Source: the human T2T-CHM13v2.0 reference genome, Homo sapiens. From it: DNA of 64,000 nt. The stretch lies in NCBI RefSeq assembly GCF_009914755.1, contig NC_060926.1; one strand, 5' to 3'. Position numbers and translations under genes: made by a program. Numbering within the stretch: the stretch's first letter is position 1; each line of letters opens with the position of its first letter. The notes under the pieces were generated by a model that saw nothing but the letters and a program-made list of their open reading frames with translations, was not told the DNA's origin and did no database searches. Positions 12,225-26,757 of the stretch are shown piece by piece.

Positions 12225-14200
12225 TTGGCGACCGATCATGCACCCCTTACCATCTCATTAAAACCTAATCAGCCTTATCCCGCTCAATGCCAATATCCCA
12301 TCCCACAGCATGCTTTGAAAGGATTAAAGCCTGTTATCACTGGCTTGCTACAGCATGGCCTTTTAAAGCCCATAAACTCTCCTTACAATTCCCCCATTTT
12401 ACCTGTCCTAAAACCAGACAAGCCTTACAAGTTAGTTCAGGATCTGCGCCTTATCAACCAAATTGTTTTGCCTATCCACCCCATGGTGCCAAACCCGTAT
12501 ACTCTCCTATCCTCAATACCTCCCTCCACAATCTGTTATTCTGTTCTGGATCTCAAACATGCTTGCTTTACTATTGCTTTGCACCCTTCATCTCACCCTT
12601 TCTTCGCTTTCACTTGGACTGACCCTGACACCCATCAGGCTCAGCAAATTACCTGGGCTGTACTGCCGTAAAGCTTCACAGACAGCCCCCATTACTTCAG
12701 TCAAGCCCAAATTTCTTCCTCATCTGTTATCTATCTCAGCATAATTCTCATAAAAACACACGTGCTCTCCCTGCCAATTGTGTCCAATTAATCTGTCAAA
12801 CTCCAACCCCTTCTACAAAACAACAACTCCTTTCCTTCCTGGGCATAGTTAGATACTTTCACCTTTAGATACCTGGTTTTGCCATCCTAACAAAACCATC
12901 ATATAAACTCACAAAAAGAAACCTAGCTGACCCCATAGATCCTAAATCCTTTCCCCACTCCTCTTTCCATTCCTTGAAGACAGCTTTAGAGGCTGCCCCC
13001 ACTCTAGCTCTCCCTGACTCATCCCAACCCTTTTCATTAGATACAGCTGAAGTGCAAGGCTGTGCAGTCAGAATTCTTACACAAGGACCAGGATCACGTC
13101 CTGTAGCCTTTTTGTCCAAACAACTTGACCTTCCTGTTTTAAGCTGGCCATTATGTCTCCGTGCAGTGGCGGCTGCTGCCCTAATACTTTTAGAGGCCCT
13201 TAAAATCACAAACTATGCTCAACTCACTCTCTGCAGCTCTCATAATTTCCAAAATCTATTTTCTTCCTCACACCTGAAGCATATACTTTCTGCTCCCCGG
13301 CTCCTTCAGCTGTACTCACTCTTTGTTGAGTCTCCCACAATTACCATTGTTCCTGGCCTGGACTTCAATCCGGCCTCCCACATTATTCCTGATACCACAC
13401 CTGACCCTCATGACTGTATCTCTCTGATCCACCTGACGTTCACCCCATTTCCCCACATTTCCTTCTTCCCTGTTTCTCACCCTGATCACACTTAGTTTAT
13501 TGACGGCAGTTCCACCAGGCCTAATCACCACACACCAGCAAAAGCAGGCTATGCTATAGTACAAGCCACTAGCCTGCCTCTTAAAACCTCTCATTTCCTT
13601 TCCATCGTAGAAATCTATCCTCAAGGAAATAACTTCTCAATGTTCCATCTGCTATTCTACTACTCCTCAGGGATTATTCAGGCCCCCTCCCTTCCCTACA
13701 CATCAAGCTTAGGGATTTGCCCCCGCCCAGAACTGGCAAATTAGCTTTACTCAACATGCCCCGAGTCAGGAAACTAAAATACCTCTTAGTCTAAGTAGAC
13801 ACTTTCACTAGATAAGTAGAGATCTTTCCTTCAGGGTCTGAGAAGGCCACCGCAGTCATTTCTTCCCTTCTGTCAGACGTAATTCCTCAGTTTAGCCTTC
13901 CCACCTCTATACAGTCTGATAACAGACCAGCCTTTATTAGTCAAATCAGCCAAGCAGTTTTTCAGGCTCTTAGTATTCAGTGAAACCTTTATATCCCTTA
14001 CAGTCCTCAGTCTTCAAGAAAAGTAGAACAGACTAAAGGTCTTTTAAAAACACACTTCACCAAGCTCAGCCACCAACTTAAAAAAGAATAGACAATACTT
14101 TTACCACTTTCCCTTTCAGAAGTCAGGCCTGTCCTCAGAATGCTACAAAGTACAGCTCATTTAAGCTCCTGTATAGATGCTCCTTTTTATTAGGCCCCAG
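12225..14200 (+). pseudogene. pol: HERV-H pol remnant (RT N-terminus, connection/RNase H, integrase pieces)
   Basis: SPYNSPILPV, LVQDLRLINQ, VLDLKHACF, TWAVLP followed by a stop; YxDD region absent; RPVAFLSKQLD in ORF 12974-13495. Confidence 0.88.
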
Positions 14201-14500
14201 TCTCATTCCAGACACCAGACCAACTTGGACTGTGCCGCAAAAAACTTGTCATCCCTACTGTCTTCTGTCTAGTCATACTCCTATTCACCATTCTCAACTA
14301 CTCATACATGCCCTGCTCTTGTTTACATTGCCGGTTTACACTGTTTCTCCAAGCTATCACAGCTGATATCTCCTGGTGCTATCCCCAAACCGTCACTCTT
14401 AACTGTTAAAGTAAATAAATAAGCTTTGCTGGTAAGGCTATGCTGAACCTCCTTAGGCATTCTCTAATTAGATGTCCTAAGTCCTCCCAGTTCTTAGTCC

Positions 14501-14550
14501 TTTTTTTTTTATTATTATTATTATACTTTAAGTTTTAGGGTACATGTGCA
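14501..14550 (-). mobile_element. 50-bp extreme 3' end of an L1PA element inserted in the HERV-H env remnant
   Basis: Reverse complement tgcacatgtaccctaaaacttaaagtataataataataat(A)10 matches the L1 3' ends at about 39935-39972 and 61732-61768. Confidence 0.9.
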
Positions 14551-14893
14551 CCTGTTTTTCTCCTTCTCTTATTCTGTTTAGTTTTTCAATTCATACAAAA
14601 CTGTATCCAGGCCATCACCAATAATTCTAAATGACAAATGTTTCTTCTAACAACCCCACAATATCACCCCTTACCACAAAATCTTCCTTCAGCTTAATCT
14701 CTCCCACTCTAGGTTCCCACGCCGCCCCTAGTCCCGCTTGAAGCAGCCCGGAGAAACATCGCCCATTATCTCTCCATACCACCCCCAAAAATTTTCGCCA
14801 TCCCAACACTTTACCACTGTTTTGTTTTATTTTATAAATAAATTAATTATTAAGAATATATATTTATTTTATAAATAAATTAATTATTAATAT

Positions 14894-14906
14894 AAGAAGA
14901 CAGGAA
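14894..14906 (+). other. Polypurine tract
   Basis: aagaagacaggaa immediately before the 3' LTR. Confidence 0.85.
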
Positions 14907-15307
14907 TGCCAGGCCTCTGAGCCCAAGCTAAGCCATCATATCCCCTGTGACCTGCACATACACATCCAGATGGCCGGTTCCTGCCTTAACTGATGACATT
15001 CCACCACAAAAGAAGTGAAAATGGCCTGTTCCTGCCTTAACTGTGACATTGTCTTGTGAAATTCCTTCTCCTGGCTCATCCTGGCTCAAAAGCTCCCCCA
15101 CTGAGTACCTTGTGACCCCCACTCCTGCCTGCCAGAGAACAACCCCCCTTTTTCCTTTACCTACCCAAATCCTATAAAATGGCCCCACCCCTATCTCCCT
15201 TCGCTGACTCTCTTTTCAGACTCAGCCCGCCTGCACCCAGGTGATTAAAAGCTTTATTGCTCACACAAAGCCTGTTTGGTGGTCTCTTCACATGGACGTG
15301 TGTGAAA
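14907..15307 (+). promoter_or_regulatory. 3' LTR (LTR7Y-like) with ATTAAA poly(A) signal at 15244-15249
   Basis: Direct repeat of 9221-9620; about 17 substitutions and 2 small indels counted by eye. Confidence 0.92.
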
Positions 15308-15678
15308 CCAGCTACTTGGGAAGTGGAGGCAGGAGGATCGCTTGTGTCTAGGAGGTCAAAGCTGCACTGAGTTATGACGGCATCACTGCACTCCAGCCTA
15401 GGTGACTCAGTGAAACCCAGTTCAAAAAATTATTTTTTTAAAAAAAGAGTGTAGAAAGAGTTCAACAACAAAGGAGTAGCACAGGATATTTGGGTATGCA
15501 GGGGGTAAGACAGTGATGGAACTGTTCTATTTCTTGATTGTGATGATGGTTATATTAGTTTGTACATTTGTTAAGACTCATAGAACTATATACCAATAAG
15601 AGTGATTTTTGCAGTATGTAAATTTTAAAACAAATTAAGAAAATGTATTGAAAATAAAATCATAGACCGCAATACCAT

Positions 15679-16140
15679 TGTATTAGTTTCCTATGGCTGC
15701 TGTGACAAGTAACCACAAACTTGGTGATTTTAAACAACATGAATGTACTTTTCCGTAGTTCTAGAGGCCAGAAGTCCAAGATGAGTCTTACAGAGCTAAA
15801 ATCAAGGTGTAGACAGGCCCAGGCTCCTCCTGGAGGTTGCCTCCTCCAACTACTGGTGGCCATTGGCATTTCTTGGCTTGTGGCTGCATCACTCCAATCT
15901 CTGTTTCCATGGTCATATTAATTTCTCTTCTTTTTTCTGTGTGAATTGTGCCTTTGTCCCCTCTCTTATAATGACACTTAGGATTGCATTAGAGATCAGG
16001 TGAATACTCCAAGATAATCTCCTATCTCAAGAATCTTTAATGACTCTAGACAGCCTTTGCCATATAAGGTAATATTCACTGATTCCAGGGATTAGAATGT
16101 GGCCATTCGGAGTATGAGGCCATCATTCAGCCTCCCACAA
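15679..16140 (-). mobile_element. MaLR solo LTR (MLT1B/C-like)
   Basis: tgtattagtttcctatggctgctgtgacaagtaaccacaaacttggtg...ttctagaggccagaagtcc...cagcctcccaca. Confidence 0.75.
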
Positions 16141-16328
16141 CTGTAGTAAATAGGAGAGGTCTACACAGGGAACTTTTCATATACTGATAATGTTCAAATT
16201 CTTAAGTGATAAAAACATAGGTGTTCAGCATTTAAGTGGCAGAAAACAAGAAGAAATGGGAGTATTTCTACTGAGTGAGTAGTTTGGAGAAGTTAGAAAA
16301 TATATGGTAAATTCAAGCTATGATGAAT

Positions 16329-16760
16329 TATCCTAGTTCAATTGTGTTACTATAAAGGAATACCTGAGGCTGAGTAATTTATGAAGAAAAGAGGTTTATT
16401 TGGTTCACAGTTCTGCAGGCTGTACAAGAAGAACGGTGCCAGCATCTGCTTGTCACTAAGGCCTCAGGCTGCTTGCACACATGGTAGAAGGTGAAGAGGA
16501 GCCTGCATGTACAGAGATTACACAGTGGGAAAGGAAGCAAGAGAGAGGGAAGGGAGGTGCTAGGCTTTTCTTAACAACCAGCTCCCACAGAAACTAAGAG
16601 TGAGAATTCACTCATCTCCAGCTCCCATCAGAGGGCATTAATCTATTCATGAGGGATCTGCCACCATGATGCAAACACTTCCCATTAAGCCCGACCTCCA
16701 ATATTGAAGATCAAATTGAAACATGAGATTTGGAGGGTTCGAACTTCTAAACTATAGCAT
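16329..16760 (-). mobile_element. MaLR solo LTR (MSTB-like)
   Basis: aaggaatacctgaggctgagtaatttatgaagaaaagaggtttattt...catgagatttggagg...aaactatagca. Confidence 0.8.
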
Positions 16761-16959
16761 GACTACACTCAAGTGACTTGAATATGGGATGTGGTGGAGT
16801 ATATCATGAAAGAGGTTTAAAAGGTTACAGCCAAATAATAGGGCACCTCAAACCTCTTGGTAATAATTTTGGCATCATTCTGGAGGTCTTACAGAGTGAT
16901 TAAATGTTTTTGAGTCAGTGGGAATCAAACCAATGTGTTAATTCATCGTATAAATACAT

Positions 16960-17200
16960 ACAAATTATAATAGCATTTATTATGTGGCAAGAATGGCTTA
17001 AGAACTTTAAATATTTTAAATCATTTTATTCTTGTAGCATCCTTAAGAGTAAGCACTATTATTATCATCATTTTACAAATGAGGAAACTGAAGCACAGAA
17101 ATGTCAAGTGGCTTTCCCAAGGTCATACCGCAAGTAAGTCACAGAATCAGTATTTGGATCTAGGAAGAGAGCCTTCAGAGTCCTTGTTTTAATTATTTGC
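16960..17200 (-). mobile_element. MIR
   Basis: cattttacaaatgaggaaactgaagcacaga...cccaaggtcatac. Confidence 0.7.
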
Positions 17201-18709
17201 TCTACCAAGAAGAAAAAGAAGAGAGAAAACAAGAAAATAAAGAATACAGACAGGCAGGTTAATGAGAGAAAAAGATAAATAATGAAGAACAAAAAGCAAG
17301 GAGCAATATTCTGAAGAGTTACAGACATGATGGAATAAACAGCAAGTTGTCAAAAGGAGCTGCAAATGCCCATGTATGCCCTTTCAGGAGCGCTAGACTA
17401 TCTGCATGAGACAGAGAGTAAATCCTGATGCCATCACTCAAACTAGACCTACAAGTGCCTCGAGTTCTTACAGATCCCCATCTTTCTGGGCAAAACATCC
17501 ATCCTTCAAATCATTCCACAGGTTAAAGAACAAATGTCAGGTTACACTCTTGAATAGTACAGTCCTATTTTCTCCCATAAATGCCTGCATAGGACGTCTT
17601 CTTCATATGGACCCTAAAATATTTCTACAAGTAGTAGACGTTTTTTAGAACTGCAATAAAGTAATGTAATAAATGCATTGTTTGAATTTTTTCCTGTTTT
17701 ATATATGATACCTGAGATTAGAATTGTGTCCCTTTTATATAAAATTGGGCAGTTTTATTTTGTGCCATTTCAAAGGTATTGTTCTATATCACTGTAGTTT
17801 CAGATGTTTATTTTTTATTATTTCAAAGTCAAAACATGAAGAAGTAAGATGTATGTTTCTGTATGCCTTTAAAAATGCAAACCTGCAACATTAATGGGAA
17901 CTTTCCCCAGGACACTTCATTTCAGTTCCAACTGGCTGCTAATTACTTACTCACAGTGGAAGTGTCACACTGCTTTCCTTTCAGCACTTCGTTGGCCAAG
18001 TGTCTCTGGCAATAATCTCTCAACACATAAGCACCATTCCCTTTCATCACATTATTTAATCAATAAAGTAATGTCCTCGCACTGGCCAGGCTCAGAGCCA
18101 TCTTGTCACAAGTGCTAAATAAATGAAACAAACACCAGTCCTGCTTCTACAACCTCTCCATTAATAAACATGAACGGAGACGCCTTTAATACAAAATCCA
18201 TTCTCTCAAACGTTTAAAACTGCACACACATGCACGTTTGCAAGACTAGAAGAGGAATCATTTATATGATGGTGAGAATAGACCAAGCAGCACTGGGCCA
18301 AGTCCCACTCACAAGTGGTGAGATTACGTTATTTCCAACTGGGACAAGTGCCCCTTCCATGCTCTCCCAGGGCTGCTTGTTCCCAAGGGGTGATGTTTCC
18401 TCATCCATGTTCTGTCTGTAAGAGGCAAGCACATCATGGCACTCCCTCTGCTGCTCAGTTTACAAAAGAATGATAGGATGCCCCATTTTTCCTTCTCTTT
18501 TTGCCAGGGGCCCTGCACTATGGTAGTATTGGGCTTCCAAATATAAAGTTTGGATCCCAATTCATCCTCTCCTATTTCTCAATGGTAATAAAACCAGAGG
18601 AGAGAAGGGTGAGTCTTAGCCTTAGTCTAACAGATGCTGGCACACTCTAGGTATGCAATGTTAAAAGGATAAATGACTTATTTATGTAGCATCAGAGTCA
18701 CCTTCTTTA

Positions 18710-18860
18710 GAAGCTAGCATTTATTAAGCACTTAATATGTGGCAGGCACTCTTCTAATAGGTAACTTGCTTAATTCTCTCATTTTATACATTGAGAAACT
18801 AAGGCTTGGCAAGGATAAGTCAGTTATCCAGAGTCCCAGCAGGTGAGAGCAAAGCTAGGA
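18710..18860 (-). mobile_element. MIR fragment
   Basis: gcatttattaagcacttaatatgtggcaggcact...gagaaactaaggct. Confidence 0.55.
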
Positions 18861-20569
18861 TGTCTTCATTTCTCTGTGAAAAGTTATTTCCAATTGGAGT
18901 CCTAGAACTTTCAAGATCCACCTTTTTTTTTCACTGTTTTTATTTATCTGTGCTGCCTGAGGGAATACATTCTTATGACCAACTGGCATTGCTGTCAGTG
19001 TTTCAAGAGTAAGCTCGCTATCCCCAAGTTCTCTGGCATTGAAGAATCAGGAACCATGTTTTTATAAATAAAATCACTCTGTAATCATTCCACTTTCTGT
19101 GAAAAATCTCACCACACCACAATACTTCCATGGGTTCCCAAAAGGTTCCCTGTGTCCGATTCCTACTCTTTCTGAAATCCCTCTCCTTGCCATCTCACCT
19201 CCAGGTGAGTTCTTCCTCATTCCCCCTCTGTCCCAAGCATGGGAGAGCTCCTCTTCCTGCATCACCCAAAGCACCATTAAATAAGGGTGCCATGTAAAAC
19301 TGACTTGTATTGAGGATTATAGAAGGAAATTAAATTACACCACAGGTCAAAAACTAACTTCAAATGGAATATTCCACACCATAAATATATTCAGCCATTC
19401 TTCTACAATAACTCTCTTACCAACCCTCTTCCCCGCTTAGGTCCTGACTGTTATCCATGTCATCTTCCTACTAAGACCCTTTTATTCTGTCTCCTCTACT
19501 CTATATACTACTCAAGCCCTAAACAACTCCTTCTTGAGCTTCCAAAAGACAATCATCAAACTCTTGTTACTTGATGATACAGAGCAAATAAAGCACCCTC
19601 CCAATGTCTAGGTGAATTTTGGGGCACTTACTTTTCATTCTAAAAAAACAAAAAAAAAAAATAAGGTTTTCCTTACAAAAAGAGAAATCCTCTTTTTTAA
19701 GGGTGGCCACTTCAAAATGAAGCCACCCATTATGTTTTTCTCACTGCACAATTTTTAGAGTTCTAAAAAGTGAATAGAGCCTTGTCTAAGCAGTCAAAGC
19801 TCTCAGCAGTGTGGATAACTGCCCTTACCCTAAAACAATGCTTTATTTAAGATGCCTAGAGGAAGGATATCCTAGTCAAAATATTCTTTTTTAAAAATAA
19901 AATAGAAATAGCTCCTCCTGAGCTATTTGACAAGTTAGTGCCACTTAGGGTGAGTGTCACACTCTTGATGTTGTTCAATAAATATTTGCTAAATAAATTG
20001 GTGATTGCAGTCACTTCCCAAAGGAAAGAAGACAAAAGGTACAAGTAAAGTAAAATTACTTTATTTTCACTTTAAGAGCAAAAACTTTAATAATTGCCTT
20101 GAGTCTGTTTTAGCAGAAATTAGGCACTTGGTTTTCATTAGCAGAGGCATTCAGAGATATTTCTGCTAATGAAAATCTAAAACCAGGCCTTTAAAATGGC
20201 TTAGTGATAGTGATGATTCTTAAGAGAGCTCATGAGTTTCCCAGCCCTATGGGACATGTTGATCATTCATTTTATAGGTCAAATGCAAGTGCGTTTATTA
20301 ATGTATGCTCTGATCTAACCCACATTGCAGGACTAACTTCACAGTGCTTGATCAATGATACCCAAATTAATGGATTCATCAGTGCTGCCTATTGAGACAC
20401 CCTCGTCATTTATATTGCATTTCTTCCAACTCGTAATTAGGCATGTAATCTGTGCAGTCTCTAAGTGGATTCTTGAAAAGAAACCTACATCAGAAGAAAG
20501 TGTGGAGATTTTTATTGTATTGATGACTTTGGCTCATCAGTTGCTCCTGTTCTGTTACATTATTTCTTC

Positions 20570-21070
20570 TACATCTTGACGGGTACTTTCTTTCTCATGC
20601 TAAAGTTCCCCCATTGTTACAAATCCTTCAGTCAAAGATTGTATTCTACATCATGCCTTTCCTTTGTCCATAAAATTTCTGTTCCTACTACTTCATTGAA
20701 ATATTTATTTCAAAAGTCTTCAATAATCTTCTAACCACAAAATGTAATTCCCTTTCATAGACTCAGTAGCATCTGGTATTGCTAACCATGCACTCTTATT
20801 TGAAACCTTTTCACCTGCTGGACTCTAAGACATTACCCTTTCCAGATCCTTTTCCTGTCTCTCTGTTCAGAATTCATCAGTCTCTTTGTAGGATCTCTTT
20901 CTACCAGCTTGTTAAACTTTCCTCCAAGTTCTGCCGCCTCGACTTGACAATATACTTGACATATATACTTATGTATATATGACATGACTATATACTCATC
21001 TTGACAATATACTCATTCCAATGGCTTCTACAATCACCTCTAGGTACATAATTTCCAAACTTAAGCCCTA
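20570..21070 (+). mobile_element. L2 fragment
   Basis: Pyrimidine-rich degenerate L2 (gactcagtagcatctgg, cattccaatggcttc...aatcacctctagg). Confidence 0.45.
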
Positions 21071-21079
21071 ATGTAACTA

Positions 21080-22850
<1,771 letters not shown>

Positions 22851-22979
22851 CCATCATAGACTATTAGAACTGAATGAATCTTAGAGAGCATCTGATACAA
22901 CCGTCCCCTGCAAACAAGGGAACTGAAGTTCAGAGAGATGAAAATAACAACCGCCACCACAACAGCTGCTAATGTTAAT

Positions 22980-23200
22980 GGAGTCCTCACTATGAGTCAG
23001 GTAGTATGTTAAATGCTTTGTGTGCATTATCTCATTTAATATCAATAACCCTGTAAAATAAGTGCTAACATTTTTGCTTTGCATGTAAGAAAATCGCTGC
23101 TTATAAAATTTAAATAACTTGCCCAGGGTCACTTGGCTAATAAGAGGCAGTAAGATTCAAACTCAGGTTCATCTGCCTGCAACACCTGTGCTCCTAGCTG
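22980..23200 (-). mobile_element. MIR
   Basis: cattatctcatttaat...taacttgcccagggtcac...gattcaaactcagg. Confidence 0.65.
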
Positions 23201-23367
23201 CAGCGTGGCAATCAGGATGCATAAGGTAAAGGCATAGTAGATACTTCATTCCCTCTGACCCTTCTGTACTCCCTCCTGGTCCCCACCCCCACCAAGAATG
23301 CCTTTCTAATACTACACTATCTCTTCAAGAACAAGTAATTGGGAAATATTAGGAATAATAATTCTAA

Positions 23368-23666
<299 letters not shown>

Positions 23667-23890
23667 AATACTAACACATCTTAAAGAAATTGCTGCATAT
23701 AAATTCTACATAAAAGAAACCATTTTGCTGGCAAAAAAAAAAAAAAAATCTCACTATTGCAAGGCAACACTGAAGACAAAACAAAGCTGGTGAAGAATAT
23801 GTCAATGCTATCAGATTCTTTCCTGCAGAGATATAGATATAGTATAGTGAGATTATTCAGCTCTTAACTAGAGATTTCTATTTCTTTTTT

Positions 23891-24383
23891 TGTAGGAAGC
23901 TGAATAATGCCCTCCAAACCATAAAGATGTCCATAACCTAATTTCCAGAATCTACAAATGTGCTTTGTTACATGGCAAGGGAAAATTAAGGCTGCAGATC
24001 AAATTAATGTTGCTAATCAGCCAACCTTATAATAAGATTATCCTAAATGATCTGGGTGAGCCCAGTAGAATCTCAAGGGTCCTTATAAGCGGAAATGAAA
24101 TAGCAGTGTGAGACAGATTTGGCCTAATGTTGTTGGCTTCAAAGATGGAAGAATGGAGCCATGACCCAAGGAATGCAGGAAGCCTCTAGATGCTGCAAAA
24201 GGCATGGAACAAATTCTCCCCTACAGCCTCAGGGGGAATGCAGCCCTGCCAACCTCTTGATTTTAGCCCAGTGAGACCCATGTTGGACTCCTTTCCTCCA
24301 AAGCTGTAAGATAATAAATTGTGTTGTTTTAAGACACTACGTTTATGGTGATTTGTTACAGGAGCAAGAGGAATCTAATACAC
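23891..24383 (+). mobile_element. MaLR solo LTR (MLT1D-like)
   Basis: tgtaggaagctgaataatgccc...ttaatgttgctaatcagcc...tttgttacaggagc...ctaataca. Confidence 0.8.
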
Positions 24384-24574
24384 ATCCACATAGAACAACA
24401 CAAAGTGTCATGACTAGAGGCACTGCCTGTGGTGACCCAGCTCCACCTATAAAATGTCAGGCACTGGTAGCAGGGAAGTAGCAGCTTTATGTTCAGAAAT
24501 CTGGCTCTTCTAATTACTCAGATGCAAGAATTCCAAAGGAATAGCTAGAACATACTTTGAGCAATGCTAATATA

Positions 24575-25789
24575 CAGTCATGTATTGCCTAATGAAAGGG
24601 ATACCTTCTGAGAAATGTGTCATTAGGCGATTCCATTGTGTGAACATCATAGCATGTACTTACACAAACCTCGATGGTATAGCCTACTATACACCTATGA
24701 TATGTGGTATAGCCTATTGCTCCTAGGCCACAAACCTATGCAGCACATTACTGTACTGAATACTGCAAGCCATGGTACCACAATGGTAAGTATTTGTGCA
24801 TCTAAACATATCTAAACATAGACAAGGTACAGTAAAATACCATATCGAAGATTTAAAATGGTACACCTGTGCAGGGCAATTACCATGAAAGGAGCTTGCA
24901 AGACAGGAAGTTGCTCTGGGTGAGTCAGTGAGTGGTGAGTGAATGTGAAGCCCTAGAACATTACTGTACACTATAATAGACTTTATAAACACTGGATACT
25001 TAGGCTACAACAAGTTTATTTAAAAATTTTGTTCTTTCTTTAATAACAAACTAACCTTAGATGACGGAAACATTTTTATTTTATAAACCTTTTAAACTTT
25101 TTAACTCTTTTGACTCTTTTCTAAAAATATCTAGTTTAAAATACAAACACATTGTACAGCTTTGCAAAATTTTTTTCTTTATGTATATCCTTACTCTTGA
25201 AGATATTTTTCTTTCTTTTTTTTACTTTTTAAACTTTATAATTAAAATCTAAGACACACACACACATGCACACACATTAACCTAGGCCTCCACAGGGTCA
25301 AGATCATCAATATCACTGTCTTCCACCTCTACATCTTGTCTCACTGGAAAGTCTCCAGGGGCAGTAACATGCATGGAGCTGTCATCTCCTATGATAACAA
25401 TGCCTCCTTCTGGAATACCTCCTGAAAAACCTGCCTATGGCTGTTTTACAGCTAACTTTTTTCATATATACAAATAGAAGGAGTATACTCTAAAATAATG
25501 ATAAGAAATATAATATAGTAAACACATAAGCCAGTAACAGTACTTTATTATCATTATCAAGCATTATATACTGTATATAATTGTATGTGCTAGACTTACA
25601 CTACTGGCAGTGCAGTAGGTTTGTTTATATCAGTATCACAACAAATGTGAGTAATGTGTTATCCTATGGTATTAGGATGGCGACAATGTCACTTAGGTGA
25701 TAGGAATTTTCAGCTCCACTATAATCTTATGAGACCATCTTCCTACATGCAGTCTGCTACTGACCAAAATGTTGTTACACAGTGCACTG
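24575..25789. mobile_element. Tigger3b (MER7B/Golem-derived) DNA transposon, ~1.2 kb
   Basis: TA|cagtcatg...cactg|TA termini; internal ttctgagaaatgtgtcattaggcg and cctaggccacaaacctatgcagca. Confidence 0.85.
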
Positions 25790-26757
25790 TAATTTTAAAT
25801 GATAATATTCATACAAATAATGTAAACGAGCAAATGAGATAGTTCATATAAAGTACTAAACAGAAACACATATCAATAAATGCTAGCTGTGATTTATTTT
25901 TAAATCACTAGCTACTATTTCTTGAATAGGTGTAGTGCTACATACATTTTCTATAAACCTTATAATAATTTTGCAAGGTCAATATCTTCATCTTACAGAT
26001 GAGAAAATGAAAGAGTAGAAAGATGAAGAAATTTCCCAAGGTTACACAGGTCATAAATCAGTTTTGGAATTAATGTATAATTTTGTAGTGATTCTATTAA
26101 GGGATAAAACTGATTCATTGTATAACTTTTAGTATGTTCATTTTAAAAAAAATCAGTCACAGATGCTCCAGATTTCAGTGAATTTAAACTCTAAAGTGGA
26201 CATATTAGCTGAAGCATCGAAGAGTGATCACAGAAGTGAAAATACAAGAATCTGCCTTCTGATCTCAGCTTTAACCACCACCCCCCATCCCCTGAGACCC
26301 ACCCCACTTTGTGAGATCTTAGACAAGTTTCTGGATCTCAATTTTCTTGCTCGGAAAAATGAATGGGGGAATTAAAACTCACCATCGTCTCTTGCAGCTC
26401 TGAAACTCATGGCTTTATGATATCTTCCTCAAGGTGCTAATTGTCAGAACTACTAGTAATTTATTTGTTAACAAAATGCAGTTTCTTCCTCTCCACTTCA
26501 TCCTAACACTCTAGTTTTGATTCTCCTGATAGTCATTCCTCAATGACTTCTCTTTTTACCTGTCATGCCCTACTCTCTCCATTCTCTGATCAGGATTCCT
26601 GTATTTCCTCTTTGAAAGAAAAACATTGAGAAGAAATTTTAAAATAGGTACTCAATATGTTTTGGTGACATTATTCTAGGAATAAAAACATCTATCTAGT
26701 GAATATTTTGCAACATAATAAAAATTTTTTGAAAACTAAATTTAATAAAAAAGAGCC

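Larger units (their letters stand above)
9221..15307 (+). mobile_element. HERV-H provirus, internally deleted ~6-kb type with two LTRs
   Basis: Two ~400-bp LTRs, tRNA-His primer binding site, gag/pro/pol remnants, polypurine tract, 5-bp TSD CCAGC at 9216-9220 and 15308-15312. Confidence 0.97.
9049..15444 (+). mobile_element. AluJ split by HERV-H (left part 9049-9220, right part 15308-15444)
   Basis: Alu reads ...tgtagtcccagc [provirus] ccagctacttggg...; 14-bp TSD aagagtgtagaaag at 9034-9047 and 15445-15458. Confidence 0.9.
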
